Source of the DNA: Cyanobacteria bacterium P01_A01_bin.123
Lineage (GTDB): Bacteria; Cyanobacteriota; Cyanobacteriia; Phormidesmidales; Phormidesmidaceae
NCBI GenBank assembly: GCA_039815185.1
Contig: JBCBZT010000036.1
Coordinates: 23,916 to 87,915, forward strand
Reading direction: 5' to 3'
Length of the DNA: 64,000 nt
Shown one piece after another: positions 58,887 to 64,000 of this stretch. The stretch's first letter is position 1. Each line of letters begins with the position of its first letter. The notes beneath the pieces are model-generated. The model was not told the DNA's origin, ran no database searches, and saw nothing but the letters and a program-made list of their open reading frames with translations. A program made the translations under genes and the position numbers.

Positions 58887-61496
58887 ATGTCAAAAACTCA
58901 GCAGGCTGCCAGCCGTTACCAGATATCCTTGCGATTGATTTTGATTGTGCCATTTGTGGTGCAAATCTTTACTGCAGTAGGACTCGTCGGTTGGTTATCC
59001 TGGCGCAGTGGTCAGAGAGCAGTTAATGACCTAGCAACCAATCTGGGGCATGAAATTACTGCTCGGGTTCATCAGAAGCTCGCAAATCACCTTGAGATAG
59101 CTGAAACCGTTGTGCAGCTGAATATTGATGCAGTGCAGTTGGAAGCCCTTGATTTGGATCAACATCCAGAGGCGGCGGCATATCTATTTCAACAACTGCT
59201 GCGGTTTCCCCAGCTAACTGGTGTAACCCTTGCGACCGAGGCTCCTAACTATGTCGGAATTGCTGAAGCTAATGATGGTACTCGAGTATTAACGCTGTGG
59301 AATCGCTCCGATGTGGGGGTTGTGGACTATTTTCTCGACGGCAAAGGTCAGATCGTTGCCATCTCCAAAGTCGATCAAGACTATGACCATCGGCAGCGGC
59401 CTTGGTATGTCAACCCAACGATAGCAGGAATAGCTCAATGGCAAGCACCTTATCTCACCATCAACCCAGCGCGGTTAACTATTTCAATCGACCAGCCTTT
59501 TTATGATCAGGTTGGTAATCTATTAGGGGTTTCTGATGCCGAGTTGTCCTTGGCTAGTATTAGCGATTTTTTAAGCACATTAAAAGTTGGCAAAACCGGC
59601 CAAGTTTTTATCATAGAACGCACAGGTCATTTAGTAGCCACATCATCGGGCCAGCTGCCTTACCAATTAAACCCAGAGACTGAAGAACCCGAAAGGATTA
59701 GTGCAAGTGATAGTGATGATCGCCTAGTCGCAAGAACGACTGAATTTCTACACCAAAAATTTGAGGGCCTCGATCAGATTCAGGACAACCAACAACTGAG
59801 CTTTAGGCTAGATGGTCAATGCCAATTTGTTCAGGTGATGCCATTTCATTTAACAGAAGGTATGGATTGGCTAGTGGTGATTGCGGTGCCCGAGTCTGAT
59901 TTCATGGGCGAAATTCATCGCAACCGACAGACGACGGTGACCTTGTGTGGTGCAGCGCTGTTGTTGGCTACTGGGTTGGGGTTATTGACAACACGCTGGC
60001 TAGTGCACCCAGTACAAACGTTAGCGTTAGCAGCAAATGGGCTATCTCAAGGAAAATGGCAGCAGCCAGTGACCCTTCCTCGGGTGCAAGAACTAGCATG
60101 GTTGGCTCAAGCCTTTAACCGGATGGCGCATCAGCTACAATCCTATTTTCAAAAATTGGAATACAGCGCTTACCACGATGCACTGACTGGACTAACTAAC
60201 CGTAATGGGCTGCAGGTGGCTTTGCAAGCAGCGATGGATCAATCCGATGGCAACCTATTTGCAGTTTTCCTTCTGGATGTTGATAACTTTAAGCTAATTA
60301 ACGACAGTTTTGGTCATCTGGTTGGGGATCAGCTGCTCGTTGCGATCGCAGATCGGTTGAAGCAAATATTGGCAACAGCAACTGTCCTGCCACCTCAAAC
60401 ACAAATAACCTTAGCTCGGTTTGGCGGAGATGAGTTTTTCATCTTGGTGAACCCGGTGACTGATGTCACCCAGGCAATAGGAGTTGCCAGCCATTTGCTA
60501 GCAAATTTTCACTCCCCCTTTACGATCGATAATCGCGAATTCTTTATCAAGACCAGTATCGGTATTGTCCTGAGTCCGGTAGGCGGTGATCAGCCCGAGA
60601 GCTTTTTGCGCAATGCTGATATTGCCCTCTACGCAGCCAAAAATGCAGGTAAAGCCAGCTATAAGGTGTTTGATGCCAAGATGCATGCCATTGCTGTCGA
60701 GCGGCTGCAAATCGAAACTGACTTGCATCATGCGTTAAAACAGCAGGAGTTTATTCTGCACTACCAATCTGTTGTTGATCTCAAAACGTTTGAAATTAAG
60801 GGGTTTGAAGCGTTGATCCGTTGGCAGCATCCCCATCAAGGACTCATGCCACCGACATGTTTTATTCCCATTGCCGAAGAAAGCGAACTCATTTTGGACA
60901 TCGGTTGGTGGGTGATGGAAACAGCATGTCGTCAGATGTACATCTGGCAACAACAGTTTAATGACTGCCAGACCATGACAATGAGTATTAATTTTTCAAG
61001 TAAGCAAATTTTTGCCACGAACTGTCTTGACCAAGTTGAACATATCCTCAAGATCACAGGTGTAGATCCTCGGCAGATAATCCTTGAGATTACTGAAAGT
61101 TTATTTATGCAGGCTAATGATGCTACCGAATCTAAACTTCGATCGCTCAGAAATTTAGGGATTCAACTGAGTGTGGATGATTTTGGCACAGGCTATTCGT
61201 CCCTCAGTTATTTGTATCAATTTCCCCTCAGTGGATTGAAGGTTGATCGTAGCTTTATGCAACAGTTGCCTAACCATGCTCAAAAGACAGCCATCGTGGA
61301 AGCGATCATTTTGCTGGGGCAAAAGCTAGGCCTAATGGTGACCGCTGAAGGGGTTGAAACATTAGTGCAATTGGCGTGGCTGCAAGACAAGGGCATTGAG
61401 CAGGTGCAAGGGTTTTTATTTGCTCAACCATTGGCAGCTGAGACCCTCACAATGCAACTCGCGAATGACATCAAGCTAGCCCCCTTGGAGCACTAG
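58887..61496 (+). CDS. membrane-anchored Cache-HAMP-GGDEF-EAL c-di-GMP enzyme
   Basis: RQRPWY (dCache), HAMP, RFGGDEF, FEALIRW, DDFGTGYSSL. Confidence 0.93.
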   Translation: MSKTQQAASRYQISLRLILIVPFVVQIFTAVGLVGWLSWRSGQRAVNDLATNLGHEITARVHQKLANHLEIAETVVQLNIDAVQLEALDLDQHPEAAAYLFQQLLRFPQLTGVTLATEAPNYVGIAEANDGTRVLTLWNRSDVGVVDYFLDGKGQIVAISKVDQDYDHRQRPWYVNPTIAGIAQWQAPYLTINPARLTISIDQPFYDQVGNLLGVSDAELSLASISDFLSTLKVGKTGQVFIIERTGHLVATSSGQLPYQLNPETEEPERISASDSDDRLVARTTEFLHQKFEGLDQIQDNQQLSFRLDGQCQFVQVMPFHLTEGMDWLVVIAVPESDFMGEIHRNRQTTVTLCGAALLLATGLGLLTTRWLVHPVQTLALAANGLSQGKWQQPVTLPRVQELAWLAQAFNRMAHQLQSYFQKLEYSAYHDALTGLTNRNGLQVALQAAMDQSDGNLFAVFLLDVDNFKLINDSFGHLVGDQLLVAIADRLKQILATATVLPPQTQITLARFGGDEFFILVNPVTDVTQAIGVASHLLANFHSPFTIDNREFFIKTSIGIVLSPVGGDQPESFLRNADIALYAAKNAGKASYKVFDAKMHAIAVERLQIETDLHHALKQQEFILHYQSVVDLKTFEIKGFEALIRWQHPHQGLMPPTCFIPIAEESELILDIGWWVMETACRQMYIWQQQFNDCQTMTMSINFSSKQIFATNCLDQVEHILKITGVDPRQIILEITESLFMQANDATESKLRSLRNLGIQLSVDDFGTGYSSLSYLYQFPLSGLKVDRSFMQQLPNHAQKTAIVEAIILLGQKLGLMVTAEGVETLVQLAWLQDKGIEQVQGFLFAQPLAAETLTMQLANDIKLAPLEH

Positions 61497-61853
61497 TACT
61501 CGACGGTGAAAGTTAGCCAACCACTCAAGTTAGCTAGGACTCGGCACAGCAGCAGCCAGAATTTCATATCTTTTATAGGAATTTTTTTGAGGACTGTCTA
61601 AAGCGACTTTCTCAAAAGCAATCTATTTACTGAGTACTGCTTCAATGTGAGATTCAATAGCGAAGGTGGAATCTTTGCTTTCAAAGAACTTATTGACACA
61701 AAAACTTACAACAGCAAATTTACCATACCTGAGTGCTTGGCCGTAAGAAGTTGTACCCTATCTATCGTTGGTATAAGTCAACCTTTGAAGCAGATTACAA
61801 TACTCAACCCACGCATATAAAAATTGTGCTGTGAAAAATTACAGCAACAAGGA

Positions 61854-61897
61854 TTATATAATGACATCATCAGACTTATATAATGACATCATCAGAC
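61854..61897. repeat. perfect 22-bp tandem duplication
   Basis: TTATATAATGACATCATCAGAC twice. Confidence 0.9.
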
Positions 61898-61935
61898 TAG
61901 AGAGATAAAGCGACCGCGCTCAACAACCCGTGGCC

Positions 61936-62577
61936 ATGATTGCTACCCTCAATCCATCCCAAACCCAGCGAGTTACTCTCGATGGTATTTCATGGCATAC
62001 CTACCGAGCCATGTTGCGAGACATGGGTAATCACCGGGCGACTCGTCTACTCTACGATCAGGGATATCTTGAAATCACCATGCCATCTGAGCTGCATGAA
62101 ATCATTAATCGCCTAATCGATCGCATTATCACAGCACTTACCGAAGAACTGGGTCTCAAAATCAAGGCTTATGGTTCTACAACTTTAGACCGAGAAGACT
62201 TAGCTAAAGGGATTGAGCCTGATTCTTGCTATTACATTCAAAATGCAGACCAAATTCAAACCCGCTGTCTCAATCTAGAAACAGACCCACCACCTGACTT
62301 AGCCGTTGAAGTGGACATTACCAGTTCTTCGCAACGCCGATTTACTCTTTATCAGTCTCTACAAATTCCAGAGGTTTGGCGCTATACCGAAAAGCAGGGC
62401 ATCGTCTTTTATCAATTGCAAGCTGGAGAATACTGTGAGTGTTGTTATGGTTCGACTTTTTCAATGGTGTCTTCAGCCAAGCTGCTTGAGTTTTTGGCAA
62501 TGGCTGAAGATGAGGATGATAATACGGTGATTCGAGCAGTACGTAGTTGGATTAGAGCTGAGCAACTAGAGAAATAG
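61936..62577 (+). CDS. Uma2 family endonuclease
   Basis: ISWHTY, EPDSCYY, PPDLAVEVDITS, PEVWRY. Confidence 0.92.
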   Translation: MIATLNPSQTQRVTLDGISWHTYRAMLRDMGNHRATRLLYDQGYLEITMPSELHEIINRLIDRIITALTEELGLKIKAYGSTTLDREDLAKGIEPDSCYYIQNADQIQTRCLNLETDPPPDLAVEVDITSSSQRRFTLYQSLQIPEVWRYTEKQGIVFYQLQAGEYCECCYGSTFSMVSSAKLLEFLAMAEDEDDNTVIRAVRSWIRAEQLEK

Positions 62578-62740
62578 GAGTAGGCGCTGTCTTTATGAAT
62601 AAGCTACCATGTCTCTTTTATAACGCTTTGCGATGCCTTGCTGTATAAATTAAGAAATGCTAGTTTTTACAGATTAAACTCAGCCTAAAAGAGGGTAAAT
62701 CAATTGCATGGATTAGATATGCATCAATAAGTTACTTCTG

Positions 62741-63220
62741 ATGATGGAAAATATTTTAGCTATTCGTGAAGCAATTGAGAGCGACGAAGTCGTCATTGCT
62801 AACCATCTATGTCAAATTGCGCTCCAAATAGGTGTTTCGCCCAAATCTATCCGACGAGATTGGTTAGATAGGGCCACTAAATTTATTGATCGTGCTCGCC
62901 GAGAGCTTCAATACAAAGGTTTTATAGCAGAAATCAACGATTGTGTTGTAGGCTCAGCAAGTTGCCAGATTCTAGAACTCTACCCAATGGTAAGTCAGGA
63001 GTATCAGAAAGGATATATTTGGGGGGTATGTATAGAACCATCCTATCGAAGGCAAGGGATTGCTACAAGGTTAATGAAAGAGGCTATGGTGTACTTGAAA
63101 GGCATCGGTTGCACAAAGATAGTTTTGCATGCCTCGGAGACGGGGAGGTTACTTTATTCGAGCCTCGGCTATAGGGAAAGCAACGAAATGGTGTTAAGTC
63201 TTACCGACAAAGAAGCATAA
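62741..63220 (+). CDS. GNAT family N-acetyltransferase
   Basis: YRRQGIATRLM, LHAS..GR.LY..LGY. Confidence 0.9.
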   Translation: MMENILAIREAIESDEVVIANHLCQIALQIGVSPKSIRRDWLDRATKFIDRARRELQYKGFIAEINDCVVGSASCQILELYPMVSQEYQKGYIWGVCIEPSYRRQGIATRLMKEAMVYLKGIGCTKIVLHASETGRLLYSSLGYRESNEMVLSLTDKEA

Positions 63221-63314
63221 TGACCGATTAGTCAATAATCCTTTCTCTTTCATAACGCATTGTCTTGCCCAAAGACATAGAAAAAAGTGAAGCATAACGT
63301 ACAGTCTTAGTTCC

Positions 63315-63697
63315 CTATTGTAAAGCAAACATCTCATCTGTCATCCAGCATAACGATGCGAGAATCTGTCCAGTCGGAGGCAATGGATAGTCGTTGAGAT
63401 CAATCGTCAAAACATCACCCTTGAGCATCAAAAAGCGCCACTGGGTTCCACTGGTCACACAGCCATAAACGGCACCAACCTGCTGCTGTTCTTGATTAAA
63501 CTTTTGAGCCGCAATCATCGTGGCAACACATTGCCCCAAACCTGGTTTCAGATCGCCCTTCTTGGCTTCGGTAATCACCACCGCTGGAGCTTGAATAAAT
63601 AACTGCTCTGGCGAACGGCTAACGAGGAAATCGCAAATTCCATTCAGCCCTAACGCATCATCTACATTAAACTCTTCCCCCGAGAAGAAGCTGATCT
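63315..63697 (-). pseudogene. 3' part of a cyanobacterial PD-(D/E)xK-like hypothetical gene, cut by an IS
   Basis: ISFFSGEEFNVD..LGLNGICDFL...EAKK....GLGQCVATM...YGCVTSGTQWRFL; the frame runs into the IS end at 63698. Confidence 0.7.
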
Positions 63698-64000
63698 GGG
63701 AGCATCCCGAATGTGAAAAAACATTAGATTGCTAGGGAGCCATTGAGATAAGTACAGCGAAGAGAAAGCATAGCATTGACATTTTCAGCTTTCCAGTGAG
63801 CCCCCGAGATTTTCAACCGACGGTCAATCTGTTTGACAGCAGATGCTACTGCCCCAGAGCCAATGGTGGCCAACTGCTCAGCTTGTAGATAGCTGTAGTT
63901 GACAATACGCGCTTGGTGCTTATCGAGATAGGCACAAAAGTTGGCTGCTTGTTTTCGACGGCAATCGTTGAAGAGAGCTTTAGCCGCTTCTCGCTGACCG
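63698..64000 (-). mobile_element. ISKra4-family insertion sequence, 3' end (transposase C-terminus 63724-63999)
   Basis: FCAYLDKHQARIVNY...IGSGAVASAVKQIDRRLKISGAHW...RCTYLNG*; element end GGGAGCATCCCG. Confidence 0.85.

Noticed and set aside
61494..61560. TAGTACTCGACGGTGAAAGTT, possibly an IS end
   Set aside because: No partner inverted repeat or transposase fragment found nearby.

Overview
Cyanobacterial chromosomal window; the HIP1 octamer GCGATCGC is abundant and the gene set looks like that of a filamentous Leptolyngbya/Nodosilinea-type strain (inference). Housekeeping genes (sat, dacB-like, rplI, ppsA, eno, gloA, pyrC-like, histidine phosphatase, thioredoxin-TPR) are interspersed with a ~13.5 kb glycosylation/polysaccharide cluster (18.1-31.6 kb), signalling genes (adenylate cyclase, GGDEF-EAL) and an AraC/SDR/aldo-keto reductase region. 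Two accessory hotspots stand out. (1) At 34.9-40.1 kb: IS6 relics, an orphan mrpD, a duplicated dsbA 3' end, a RAYT relic and a stub of an integron integrase precede an AT-rich gene for a ~796 aa reverse transcriptase (YVDD) with a helical middle region and a C-terminal RxxxxH (HEPN-like) motif, closed by an attC-like site. This is a candidate anti-phage RT-nuclease carried as an integron cassette. (2) At 9.8-12.8 kb: a GC-rich foreign module (TetR fused to a CmcJ/NvfI-type oxygenase, plus DUF4336) bounded by an attI-like site and a canonical attC, with an inner pair of 26-nt palindromic direct repeats. Several truncated genes break at HIP1 sites. A ~105 bp structured dispersed repeat occurs four times, and an ISKra4-type element interrupts a gene at the right edge. 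I found no rRNA, tRNA or CRISPR array. All family calls come from recalled motifs, not database searches.
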